A stretch of DNA of 54,623 nt from Guillardia theta CCMP2712 (taxonomy: Eukaryota > Protista > Cryptophyta). The translations under genes were made by a program, and so were the position numbers. The notes beneath the pieces are model-generated. The model searched no databases and was not told the DNA's origin. It saw only the letters and a program-made list of their open reading frames with translations. The DNA lies in assembly GCF_000315625.1 (NCBI RefSeq), contig NW_005434633.1, positions 460,645-515,267 on the forward strand, read 5' to 3'. Below, one piece after another: positions 12,913 to 24,740 of this stretch. Numbering within the stretch: the stretch's first letter is position 1; every line of letters begins with the position of its first letter.

Positions 12913-13294
12913 GGGCCAACGAGGAGCGCAAGGTACTGGAGGTGGTGTAGGACTGGCAGGGCAGGGAGCTGTACAGGAGCAGATCCGATGGGAGAGGGTT
13001 GAGGGCTTTGTGCGTCTGAGAGCTTCGATGCAGGAGCGTGCGCATGATAGCGGCACGGCATTCCGTGACCTCTTTCGGAAAGTTACAACTGTTGGATCTT
13101 GAATGGCGAGTTTCAACGCAACGGTTCAATTTGAATGACTGAACCTGGCACGTGTCCTCGTGACAGCCAATGCTTGCTCTTATTTACTACAAGGAACAGT
13201 CCGAAGAAGTTGTATCCGAGACTTCTTCCCTATCTCGTGATCGGAGCGAAAAGCCTAAGAAGCAGCGGCGGGACGTGAGGTTACGCGCAGAAGC

Positions 13295-13474
13295 ATGCTC
13301 GCTCAGGAATGCGCAGGACAGGTGACCGAGAAGCTCTCTCCTCGTCGCCAGAGGCAGCGTCAGCCGCGGCCGCTGGACAGGAAGCGGATGCTTGCGTGCC
13401 TTGAGGCGTCCATCAAGATCATCCTCGAGAAACCGGCGGTGAAGGGAGCTCTTGGCGATCGGTTGCAGTTGTGA
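13295..13474 (+). CDS. 59-aa microprotein, family member 2, divergent from HTH copy 6
   Basis: Hand translation: MLAQECAGQVTEKLSPRRQRQRQPRPLDRKRMLACLEASIKIILEKPAVKGALGDRLQL*. Confidence 0.65.
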   Translation: MLAQECAGQVTEKLSPRRQRQRQPRPLDRKRMLACLEASIKIILEKPAVKGALGDRLQL

Positions 13475-13922
13475 CGAGCAGTGCGATCAGTAGCAGGGGA
13501 GGATAAACCCAAGTTTAACGTCCACCAGACAGGATGGACTGTAATGCTCTCAGAAGAGACTCGTCGTGAGGTCAGAAGAGACGTTGTAACATAGGCGTAT
13601 GTGCTATTATACTCAAGGAATAAAGACAGCAGTTGATCACAATACCCGCACACTACGGCATCACCCGCAGGGCCTGCTAGGCTGACGATCTCGGTTGGAA
13701 AGCTGACGGCTCTTCCATGACACTCGGGGAGGAGAAAACCGGTTCATCACAGCGCACGAGTCGGAGCTGATGACCAGGGAGTGCAAGCAAGAGATAAAGA
13801 GGATCACAGGGGTTTCATCTCGACCACAAAGAGCTCATGGCTACACCCTCCTTTCTCCCCCCTTGCTCTCGTCCTCGCCCATGCGTCAGTCTCACCATGC
13901 GCAAGTCGCTCCTATGCTGCGC

Positions 13923-16900
13923 TCACGACACGAACGCAAAGGCGGAGGGCGGTGCAGGGGCATCCGAGCTCTCCATCTCCTCCTCCTCCTCCTCATCTCC
14001 CACGGGCTGACCTATGGGAACGTCCTGGCGGGTGGAGCATCAGTTTGCAGGTAACTGACGAGCTAGTCAAACCTCCCCCTGGTCTTCCACACTGCATTGA
14101 GCGACGCTGCTGCCTGCATCTCCAGTAGCTTGTGACAGCTTGTCAGCTCCAGCCATGACACCACAGGACAGCTCACTGGAAGCGACAGCTGCTGCTGCTT
14201 CCTCGACAGCCGACAGATCGTCCTTGAGAGCCCTCCCTATACAGGGATACGGCAGTCAGTCAGCTGGACAGTGACAAACGGGTCTATCACACCGCTCTGC
14301 TCATTGTTGATCGAACTCTCCCCCTGCCGAAGAGCTTACAAGTCCCGCAATCAGACAAGCAACACAGGGATTTACCTGCCCCGTCACAGCCTCTCCCACC
14401 ATTGTCGCGTCCTGGAGCCAACGTCAACTTGAGGGAGGAGCGAAAATGGCCGATCTCTTACCGGAGGGACGCGCGATCGGATCCCCTCAAGCTCGTCGGA
14501 AAGCTCGTCGATGCTCTGCTGTAGCTCTGCATGGCCCCATCAGTCGGTCGTTGCGCTCCTCTCCCCCTCCTCTGAAGCACCTGCAGCCTCGTCGTAACGC
14601 TCTTCGACCACGAGGTCCTGCAGGGTGTTCTCAAGCTGCTGAATCTCCTCCTCAATCTCCATCTTTCTCTGCAGCATTGCGTTGAAGTCTTCCCCGCTCT
14701 CACGGGTTTCCCCTCCCGTCTCTACTTGCTCGCCCTCCTCCTCCTCCTCCTCCTCCTCCTCCTCCTCCTCCTCCTCCTTGTCCTGACTCTCTTCCACAGG
14801 GACTTCACAGTCTCGATCTACAGGGACCACATTGACCTCTGGAGGGGTTGTCTCCTCCATCTCCACGGGTTTCTCCTCTTCACGGTTCTCGACCATCCCC
14901 TCATCTTGCGGTTCAGCCTCCTCCCTAGAGCTCCTGTCCTTGCTCGACGCAGCTGCTTCCACCTCTCGCTCTTGCTCTTCCACGAAGCCAGCGGGTAGGC
15001 GAGCCCGCAGCTCGTTCATCTCCATATCGCACATGCTCAGCTGCTCACCCCACTCTCTCGCGCTCTCCAGGTCGCCCCTGGCGTACGCCTGATCCCCCGA
15101 TCGCTTCAGGCTCGTCGACCAGAACTTCAGATGCCTGAAGCGGAGGATCGACGCCTTTCTCTCCTCCTCCTCCAGCCCAGCCTTCCACTTGGCAATCTCC
15201 TGCTCGTGGTCCACGAGCTCCTTCTGCAGTCTCTGAAGCTTCTCGTTGATGGAGTTCTGCGAGCTCGAGGTCTCTTCCCGCTGGGAGACGAGCAGCTTCA
15301 GATCGTTCGCCAGCCTTCCTGCCTCCTTGAAGTTCTTCGCTGTCACGGCAAGTTTCTTGTGCTCCTCAAGCTCCGGCACGCGAGCATCGATCCCTGCTAG
15401 CTCAGAGCGGCACATTGAAGCCTGCTGCTGTAGCGCAAGGACCTGTCCCGCGATCTCCGTCTTCCTGTTCTCTTTCTGGAGGAGGAGGTTGCGGATCTCC
15501 AAGATCCTCCCGTTTGACTCCTCCGCGTCTGCGATAAGGGAGCGACGATGAGCAGAGTCCTTATCCATCTGCTGCTGCTCGACCTGCATCTCCTTGCAGC
15601 GTTTCTTGGCGCTCTCGAGCGTCTTCGAAACTTTCTCCATGGTCTCTTCCACGGCCTCGTGCTTCTTGAGGATCTCCTGCCTATGAACGTGCAGCTCATC
15701 CTGCTTCCTGTTGATTTCGCTCAGGCGGCTCGAGCACTCCTCCTCCTCATGCTGTATGTTAGTCTCCTTCTCCTGCAGCCTCGTGATCTTCGCGGTGAAG
15801 CCATTCCGGACATCCTGTACTTTGTCTTGCGCGGCAGCGAGTCTCCGGGAAAGATTCGCCTCCTCCTCCCGCTTCACGCGCAACCTCTCAAGGATCTGCT
15901 CGATCTCCTCGTTCACCTCCGCCCTTTTCGTCTCCAGCTCTTGGATCTCCGCTCTCTCCTCCTTCGTCTTGCTCTTGATTGTGTCCTCGATAGAAGTCTT
16001 CTCCTGCACGATCTTCTCTCGATCAAACTTGAGGTGCTCGAGCTGGTTGGTCACGGACTCCATGGCCTCTGCAAGAGCCTCCTCCTCCGAGGTCGCCCTC
16101 GCAAGCGTGTCGCCCGCCCGAGTGCTGAAAGCTTTCCTCTGCTCCGAGAGCTTCTCCTCCAGCTGCACTGAGTACTCACTCCACTCTTCGAGCAGGAGAG
16201 AGTCCAGCTGGTTCTTCTTGTCAGCCAGGGCCTCCAGATCCCTCGAGAGCTTGTTTGCGGCTGCTTCTAGCGCGTCCTTCTCGGAGGTCAGGGCAGAGAG
16301 TTTGCTCACAAGAGTCTCTGCAGCCTCGTAGTCTTCCCTCTCCTGCGCGATCGCCTGGGCAGCCTGAGAAGAAGCAATCTGTCGCTTCGTCTCGTGCAGC
16401 CTTGCGATCGCCTCCTCCCGCATCTTCCTCACTCTCCCTTGCTCAAGGGTCAGCACGTTCGCCTCCCTCTTCAGCACAGCCTCCTGCTGGGATAGCCTCT
16501 TCTGAAGCTTCTCGATAGAGGACAGGAGGCTCTGGGCGATGCCGTCCTCGCTCGCTGCCACCCCGCTGCTCTCCCCTTCCAGTCCTACTTTCTTTTGATC
16601 ATCTTCATCCCGCTGATCATAGATGGACCTCCCTGAACGCAGAGAGCTGTCCTCGTCTCCACGTGTTACATCTCCGCCATGTACAACGGGCCCACTGCCA
16701 ACTTCAGTTTCGTAGGACGGCGGGGGGACCTCCTCCCGCTCCAGTCCTACATCGCTCTTAACGGCTTCAGGAGCAGGTCTTGCGTACTCCCCGTCATCCT
16801 TCTTCACATGAGGCTTGCTCGCACTCTGAGTCGAATAAATGCTCCCGACAGGCACATCCTCCTTGATGGGAGCAGCTGCGGGCTGGGAGTAGATGCTTGA

Positions 16901-17160
16901 CGACGCTGAATTCTCGCTCCTCCCATCTCTCCGAGGATCCCTCGACTCCACCACCTGCGGGTCGTCGTTGTGCTGATGAGCAGGCGACTGACTGGTGAGC
17001 CTTGGCGGCTGAGGAGGAGGAGGCTGAGAAGAGCTGCGTCAGGACGCGAACCTCGTCCTCCAGCACTCACCTGAGGCGAAGAGCTTGCCGAGTCATCGAG
17101 CCCGGACGCGTATCCTGGCCTCCTTGCGGCAATCTTCTTCTTCTTGATCCCCTGGCCTTG

Positions 17161-17202
<42 letters not shown>

Positions 17203-18046
17203 AGATGCACCTGCAGCTGATGTGGATTCTAATGCTGATGCTGATGCTGATGCTGATGCTGATGCTGATGCTGATGCTGATGCTGATGCTGACGTTGATG
17301 CTGCTTCCTGATACCACAAAGACAGTCAAACACAACATCCTACAGTAGGGCACATATCACATTGCTGCCCCTGGGCTCGATGGTTTGCTTTCCTGAGAGA
17401 TTTGGACTATACGACCGAACGTCTTCGTTCTGAGGTGATGGAGACTTCTGGGGGAATTTCTTGTCAGCTTGTGGCAGCTGATTGTAGATAGAAGGGGTTG
17501 GCTGGGCCTCGACCTCGGCCTTGTCTGCCTGCAAGAAGGAGAAGGCGGAGACGGCGTCGATGGGAGAGCCGGTGCCGTAGGCAGGAGGAGGAGAGGAAGG
17601 GACGTTGGAGTCTTGGATGAAGGAGAAGTTGGAGACTATACTGTCATCATGACCATCCTCTCGCGCCTCAGCTTGCTGGATGAAGGAGAACGCAGATCCT
17701 CCTCCTCCTCCGCTGCCATGCACGTCCATGCTCGGAGTAGAGACAGTGGCTGCTGGAGTGCCGTTGAAGACTGAGCCTGGATCCTTGTTCACCGCCATTC
17801 CTGCGAAGAGGCTGCTCGTGGGAGGCGTCTGCGGGATCGCTGCATTATGGTTGGTTCCCGAGCCTGAGAGCCAGAGGGCCTCTGCTGTTTGACGATCGAA
17901 TGTGCTTTGAGCTCCGTCGTCGACAGCAGTAGGAGGTGTGTAGCCCTTGGGAGATGCTTCCTGGTTCTTTACAAACAGCTTCTTCATGATACCCTGCATG
18001 CCTGGCACATGCAGCAAACTCAAACCTGAGCAAACTCGTCAGCCAT
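13923..18046 (-). CDS. Large coiled-coil protein with UVR (UvrB/C) motifs, multi-exon
   Basis: UVR-like segments AQEREDYEAA, AVTAKNFKEAGRLA and VVEERYDEAA; KKKKIAARRPGY; repeated SAFSF motifs at the N-terminus and SAFAF at the inferred C-terminus. From memory it resembles the plant At5g25070-type family (unverified). First and last exons are inferred. Confidence 0.7.
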
Positions 18047-18510
18047 AGCGGTCGCGGGGATAAGGCTGGAAATGTAAGGGAAAACCTTGGATTTCAAGGG
18101 ATTCTAGAACGATCTACAGTTTGCATGCCTCTGTCTTGTCTAATCCTGACCTCCTCCTGCTCCGATCTCGGTATTCCAACAAGGCTATCCAGCAGAACAT
18201 GAATTATAGCAGAGGACTTCTGAGAACAGAGAGCTGTCCTTGATATGAAGAGCCAACCTGCACTGTACATCTCATCACCTTTCCTCCTCGTATTTTCCCT
18301 TCTACGTGCTGCTCCCCTCCTCTCCTCCTCCGCCGCCGCCATGTTCCTCCTCCCTAGTGCCTGCTTCGCCATCTTCGCTGGTTGACTGAAATGAATTTCT
18401 ACACCCCAAAGAAACTTTCAAAGTTTGAGGTGCACTGGATTTTGGCTCCGAAGTTTTTATACTCTCAAACTTTCAAACTCTCAAACTTCCTGCAGCCCGT
18501 GCCGCCGAAG

Positions 18511-19352
18511 ATGTGAGCAGAGCAATGTTGTTACCGCCTTGTCGCAGCTATGCTCCTTTCACGGAACCTTCTTGCTCTCTCCTCCTCTCTCCTCTACGAT
18601 CATCCGTCTTGTTATGATCCCCTCTGCTACTCTCCTCCATCCTCTGATGTTGTATGCCCCTACCCCATCTCGCTTCCCATGGCCTGTCTGTTTGCGTTTT
18701 GCGACCTTCTCTCGTGGACGTAATGTTCTATGAGCATGATGCCTTATGATTTTCTCCTGCTCTTCTCCTCTGTGTAAATTTCATCGTCTCTCCTCTGTGC
18801 CCTTTGACTTTGCTGTATTCCTCCCTCTGCTAGCCGTTGGCTGTGCAACTAAAAGCCAAAAGCCCAGTCGTTGTCGCTGATCCGGTAGTTCAGGGCTCCA
18901 AAACAAGACAAGAGGACCCTTTACGTCGGAGGACTGGATGAGGAAGTGAACGTAGATACGCTTCGAGCAGCGTTCATCCCCTTTGGCGAGGTGCTCCTTC
19001 CATTTTCTGCGCTACAGCACAACTGACAGAGAGCATGCAGCTTGTAGATGTCAACATCCCTCTTGACAATGAAACAGGGAAGCACAGGGGATTTGGCTTC
19101 GTAGAGTATGAATTCCCGGATGATGCAGCAGAAGCTATCTTCAACATGAACAATGGGGAGTTGAACGGGCGCGTCCTCTCAGTCAACCTCGCCAAGCCCA
19201 TCAGTGCGGCGGAGCGCACAGGCAAGGCCGTGTGGCATGCGGAGGCGGACTCGTACTTCGAGAAGGAAGGATGGACGGAGGACTCGACCCAGCTCATCAA
19301 GGACGACGGGAAGGAGGACGAAGGGATGATGCCACAGACCGAGTCAAAGTGA
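18511..19352 (+). CDS. Stand-alone RRM protein related to the cyclophilin E (PPIE/Cyp33) RRM
   Basis: KRTLYVGGLDEEV...AAFIPFGE, an intron at ~18991-19040, then LVDVNIPLD...KHRGFGFVEY...AIFNMNNGELNGRVLSVNLAKP...AVW. No PPIase domain before the stop codon. Confidence 0.85.
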
Positions 19353-19751
19353 GGGGGTACGAGGCAACGAGTGTTGGAAAGCTGTGGAGCTGGAGTGAGT
19401 GGAGGAAAGGAAGGAGGAAGAGCACAATCGAAACTGCGCTCACCCAGAAATTGGCTCTGTCCTCATTGGCATGGGACCCTCTTGGTACTTGCGATGTGAA
19501 CCCCTTGGTGAACCTGGCAGAGGCATGATCCTCGGGGATAGGAGAGTACAGCAGCAACAAACGAGGATACAGTTGCAACGCATCGGATCGTCGGAGGTTG
19601 CTCTTCAAGGATTGTAAGTCTCATGTTTTCTGTAATTTTTTGCGTTACGCTTTAAAATCTCATCACGACTGTAATGCTCCCTCCTTTCGCCCCATCACCC
19701 GTCAACATGGTTCCCAGCATGCTCATGTTTCTGCTTCCGAAGCAGGCATCA

Positions 19752-20532
19752 TCATCTGTATGCTCCAATCTTTGCCAGCTCTCTGTCAAGAGCACCGGGC
19801 TGCAGATACCACGGAGCACCCGGCGGTAGCTGCTTCGCCCACGACTCATCATGGAACTGAACATACTCGTCGGTATCGGCAGGAGCGTACACAAGAGCCC
19901 CCTTGTCGAGCTTTACTTGATACGGAGCATCAGGTTTGTCTGCTGCCCAGCTCGGTTCCCGGTATCCAATGCACGTGATAGTTCCTATCTCGAATTGGTT
20001 GCCCCTGCATGGTGACGTCAGAATTACTGAGGTCCCGAGGAAGGACGTACCATTTCGTGCAAGCGCACTTCACACGGTCGCCGACTTTGAACCGCAGGGC
20101 GTTCTTGTCAAGAGGACGAGGATTTGAGTTCGGACTTGATGGAGATCCCGTGTGATTCGGTTCCGATAGTTTCTTCTTTCCTCTTCCTTTTTCCTCTTCC
20201 ATCCCATCTTCCATATAGTTTCTACTGTGCCTCGCCCTCTGCCGCTCCTTCTCTGTATCAGCCTCCTCTTGTACAAGATCTGGAACCCCTCTCTCTACAT
20301 GAAGCCTTCCTGTCTTCACCTTAGCCCACTCCTCCTCTGTCAGTTTAGTGCCATTAGTCGCTCGTGCATTCGTCTGAACCTCGTCCTTATCGTCTCTCCC
20401 CTTCCCACACTGGCAGGACAAGAAGCTGTTCTTCTTCTTCGCATCCTTGCCTGAAGCTTCGCTCCTCCTTCCTCCTCCTCGTTCTCTTCCTACTGCATGA
20501 TCCTCGCGGTCGCCGCTCGCTGCCTGGCCCAT
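19752..20532 (-). CDS. Hypothetical protein with an LRFKVGDRV Tudor/SH3-like algal domain
   Basis: LRFKVGDRVKC, intron, then GTITCIGYREPSW...APYQVKLDKGALVYAPADTD. Begins MG and has a CQC motif. Confidence 0.65.
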
Positions 20533-21324
20533 GGCTCAGTGTCGACAGACGGTCGAGCTGTCGATGGGGATGTAGGGGGTACGGGTGTTGAGTGGAGGGG
20601 TGTATAAAGCACTCGCTTCTCGACATACGGGGTACTAGAACTCATAGAAAGTGGATAAATTGGGGTACTCCTGTTTCAATCTCACCATGGGGTAGTCAGC
20701 GGGATGGACCACGAGGGTGGGGTGCTGCGTATGAGAAGGCAGCAAATGACATTGATACTTTTCACATTGCTGCCTTCTTCGATCAGGTAGTCAGGGATAC
20801 CTAGGGGGTGGTAAGTCTGTTGTGGTGAATAGGGGGGTAGGGGTGACCATTGGTCTATTTTGGGGAACTTGTCAACAATGTTTGCAGGTATGTTCGCTCA
20901 TAAGAGAGGATAGAGTGACTCAGGAGAGAGGAGAGAGGAGAGAGGAGAGAGGAGGGAAGATACTAGAAGATAGAGGAGAGGAGAGAGGCGAGGCGAGGGA
21001 AGAGAAGAGCAGCGGAAGAACGAGTCATGAGAAGGCTCAGATCGGTTTGACCGACTTAGATGGAATGCCATAGCAGGAGCATGAGGATCAAGAGCTTGTG
21101 ACGGTGATTAGTACGCCGGACAACAGTGGCTCTTGCCGTCATCTTCAACCTAATCGATCTGTTGAGGAGTTCCTCCTGGTGGAGAACTAGACCATTGGTG
21201 ACAGGAGAAGATGACGTCAGTAGCTAACGTTGTAGAGGGAAGGCTGGATGGTTGGAGAGCAAGCTAGCATGAGAGTTCCAGGATAGGAATGACAGTTTCA
21301 CTCGCAGAGCTCAAGAAGGTGTTT

Positions 21325-21547
21325 CGCATGTCGTGGGAGCAGCTTGCTTCTGCCGATGGAAAGAGCTCCGACGACAAGGCCAAGAAGGAGGACAACTCGT
21401 GGGAAACAGACGGATGCTTCGTTGGACCCGGTGAGGAGGATGCGGATAGCAGAGGAGACTCTGTATCGTTTCATTGCTTACTCCCTGCTCACAGAGGGCA
21501 AGGAATGCACTACTGCCCCGAGCGGCCACTACCACGTAACCAACTAG
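21325..21547 (+). CDS. Possible very small spliced hypothetical gene
   Basis: MSWEQLASADG...CFVGP, GTGAG...CAG intron, then EGKECTTAPSGHYHVTN*. Confidence 0.3.
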
Positions 21548-21658
21548 ATTGTTTGATAAAGAAAGTAGAGAACCCTCATAGATCTGATCCAAATCCTGAA
21601 GCAATGGCCCGCGGTAAGCGTCATCAGGAGATCAAGGTGTTGAATACGGGACTGTGCT

Positions 21659-24296
21659 CTATTTGTTCCTCCTCGATATCTTTTTCATCGCGTCCTTCTT
21701 CCTGCTCTCGTACAGAGCTACAGTCTCTTCTTTCTTCTCCTGGTACCTGATAGACCACAATCATGTCCCACAGACCCTTCAAGATCGCTCACTGATTGGC
21801 TGTTATCTTCCCGTCCTTGACTAGTTTCTTCAGCCTGTGCGCTTCAGACAACTTCCATGCTTTCAGCTGCATTCAACATGTCAGGAAGTAGCTTCAGATG
21901 CTCATGACAGGCCTGTGCTAACTCATCGTCAGCCATGCTTGCTTGATCTTCAATTGTCCCTTCTGTGATAGAAGATCATCGCAAGGAGCAACAACAGCTG
22001 TGAAACCTTTGTTCACTCCAAGTCTGACCATCCCTGCCATCTCCTACGAGCAACAATCTCAGTGGGTGAGGTTTCAACCAGCTTCCTCCCACCTGTGCGG
22101 ACGGAGGATGCAGCGCCATCCACTTGACGAATTTCTGAGTCATGTGCTGCAGAGGTAGAGACATCAGCAGCAGCACAGAAGCAAGACGCCAGAAACCATC
22201 TCTGTCAAGTGACCGCAGGAATGGCAGTCCAGGGAGACGGTCTTCTTCTTCTTCTGACCCCCCACCTGTTGTCAAACCTCCTCAGCCACAGTCGCCGTCA
22301 CCGTGACCCATCGTGTCAACCTTGACGAGGGTCTCTGGATTGGAACATCGCCGACACAACACCTGGCAGTCGTCGGTCACCTTATCACCTCCCCACCTCA
22401 CTGACAGCTATCGACGCTCACCGTCTCCCGGATGAATCTAAAGATCATGAGCTGCAGGTCGGACTGGAGGTGCTTCCCGCTGATCCAGGCGCGTCCTGTT
22501 CCCCCATCCTTCTTGTCAATCTGCGACATGGAGCTGGCGAGAAGTCAAACTTCAGCTTCCCACACTCCCTTCTGGCCACCTGCATTCTTGCCCCAAGTAC
22601 GTCACGAGGTACCTGTGAAGTGAACCCCAACGATCACCACAGCACAGCGGGCAACATGAGCCGGTCAGAGCGGAGGAACGTACAAGGGAGGACGTCCAAT
22701 GGCTCTTGCGATGATGTCCAAGTTCAACAGGACGGTCTTGATCATCTTCGTTGCTCCCTGTCATCAGCGCCCATGTCAAGTCTGCTGGTAGCACGGTCGT
22801 AGGTCAAGACCTCTATCTTGATTTCCAGCGCTGGCATCTTGTAGCGGTAGTGCGAGTCCTGGGGGTCGACAAGGGAAGAGAGGGAGAGGAATGTCGTCAT
22901 GACGTCTGGTGCAACGGGCAAGCTCTTGCCTGCGATCCGTCCATGTTGCAAGAGCCCTCAGCAGGGATTTCAATTTCGTTCAACGGAACCTTGAAAGCAT
23001 GAGTCAAAGGGGAGAGTGGCAGTCAGTGTAAAAGATCTGCATACCAACTCTCTTGCAGGAACGGCCTTCTCCTGTTTTTGTGCTGCCAAGACAGACATTC
23101 AGCACATCTGAGACGGGTCTCGGCACTCAAGGTACATTTTGCGCCTTCGTTCTTCCCCTTTGCTGGTGGTTCCTCCCGTGTTGCTTTCTGACCGCCTTGC
23201 GGAGTCTCTTTGACAACGCCATCTTGAGGATCTTCTTCGGTGTCCGAGTCTCCCTTGTCCTGCTTCTTGCTTCTCCTCTTCTTTTCATCATCTAAACGAT
23301 CTGTCAGACCAACGACTCCCAGTTGCTCCACAAGTCACCTTCGTACGGGACGTCCTTGTACCAGTAGAGGTTGGGGACAAACGGTTGATCCCCATTGTCG
23401 CCCTGCAGGCCTGATTGCTGCATGTTCTTCCTCATGGTAGCCTCGTCCAAGTCAAATTTGACCTCGTCCGTTTCTGCACTCCTGTCAGCCCCCCGGGGTC
23501 ACGCCAGTCAAAGCCAATGTCAACCGTCGAACTCATCCGACTCGGGATCCGTCAAGAAGTCGTCGATCTCCTGTGTGATTTCCTGGTTGCAACCAAGTCA
23601 AGCACGACGACGGCAGCGATGCAGAAGCTTGCCGGCTTGATGTCTCCCCATCCTAAGTCATCCACAAACTCTGAGGAGCTCTCGCTCTCCTCCCCCTTCT
23701 CCCCTTCCTGCTTTGCAATCTGCAAAAACAGGTCACGATGACGCCGTTGTTGCTCTTTGTTCCTGTCGACCTGCTTCGTGCTCTCCACAAATTCAAGCAA
23801 ATTCTCCTCCTCCTCCTTCTTCTTCTCCTTCTCCTCTTCCTCTTCCTCCTTCCCCATGCGAATATCCTTGAGATCCTTTGCAGCAGACCCAGCCTTTTCT
23901 TCAGCCTGTTGCTTACAGCATCATCCTCGCAATGTAACAAGCAAGCGTAGAAATATCTCTCAACGCGCGTACCTCCGAGACTTCTTCCTCAGAGGCAGCA
24001 GCGCCAGTTTGCCCTGCGACTGCACCACTCTTCTCCTTCACGCTCTTGAAAGCTGCTGCCGCCGCCGCTGCCTCTCGGGCAGCCATTCGAACATCCTTCG
24101 TCTTGAGCGGCTTTGCCTTGACTGGGGGCTCATCCTCTTCAACATCATCGCTCGCCCAGACGTCGAACCCGCCCCTTAGGGACATGGGGAGTGATAGGGA
24201 GCGCGTGCATGGAAACTTTGGGATGCCGGCGTTGCTGGTACCTTGTACTAGCAACAAGAGGAGAAGACATCGATGGGAGATAGTTTGACGCCGCAT
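21659..24296 (-). CDS. Signal peptide + LRGG leader + charged extension + eIF5-type N-terminal (eIF2beta/eIF5) domain, multi-exon
   Basis: DSHYRYKMPALEIKIE, GATKMIKTVLLNL..IARAIGRPP.YLVTYLGQE, WISGKH, VLCRRCSNPET and LDCHSCG. Joined to the upstream exons by an inferred GC-AG intron at 22859-22929. Confidence 0.7.
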
Positions 24297-24654
24297 TGCA
24301 GCAAGGGATGGGTTATAACTGCTCCTTTTCCATGCTGCGAGACCTACGTAGTGAAGTGTTAGAGGTAAAGAAATTCTTTACCTCCTCTTCGCTCTATTCC
24401 TCTGCAACTCCTCCCCTTGCTAAGGGCTGACTTCCTTTCCATCCTTCCCCGCTCCCCCTCTGCCTTCCCTACTTCTGTGTTTTGCCTTCTGCTCTACTGC
24501 ACGCCCTGAAAAAAATCAATTGTCGACAACATTCTGGTCATATCTGTCCTGATTTTACTCAGTTATTTTGTCCAACGTTTTGTTAGGCTCATGCTAACAT
24601 CTGTTCCTCTCCTCGCTCCAGGTTCCGCATCTTCATCCTGCCCACACTACAAGT

Positions 24655-24655
24655 T

Positions 24656-24737
<82 letters not shown>

Positions 24738-24740
24738 TTC
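24655..24740. repeat. (CTCCTG)n microsatellite
   Basis: Directly visible. Confidence 0.95.

Larger units (their letters stand above)
10152..12951. repeat. Tandem segmental duplication, unit 2 (2.8 kb)
   Basis: Near-identical to 7264-10151. Confidence 0.95.

Noticed and set aside
7264-12951. LTR retrotransposon or CRISPR-like interpretation of the repeats
   Set aside because: The units are directly abutting gene-containing duplicates, with no gag/pol, TSD or repeat-spacer structure.
14726-16518. Plus-strand ORFs overlapping the 804-aa ORF
   Set aside because: Antisense shadows of a GC-rich coding exon.
22742-22951. Independent eIF5 gene starting at MTTF (22900)
   Set aside because: That ATG falls in the inferred GC-AG intron before a pyrimidine tract. 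The fused model fits better, though it is unproven.
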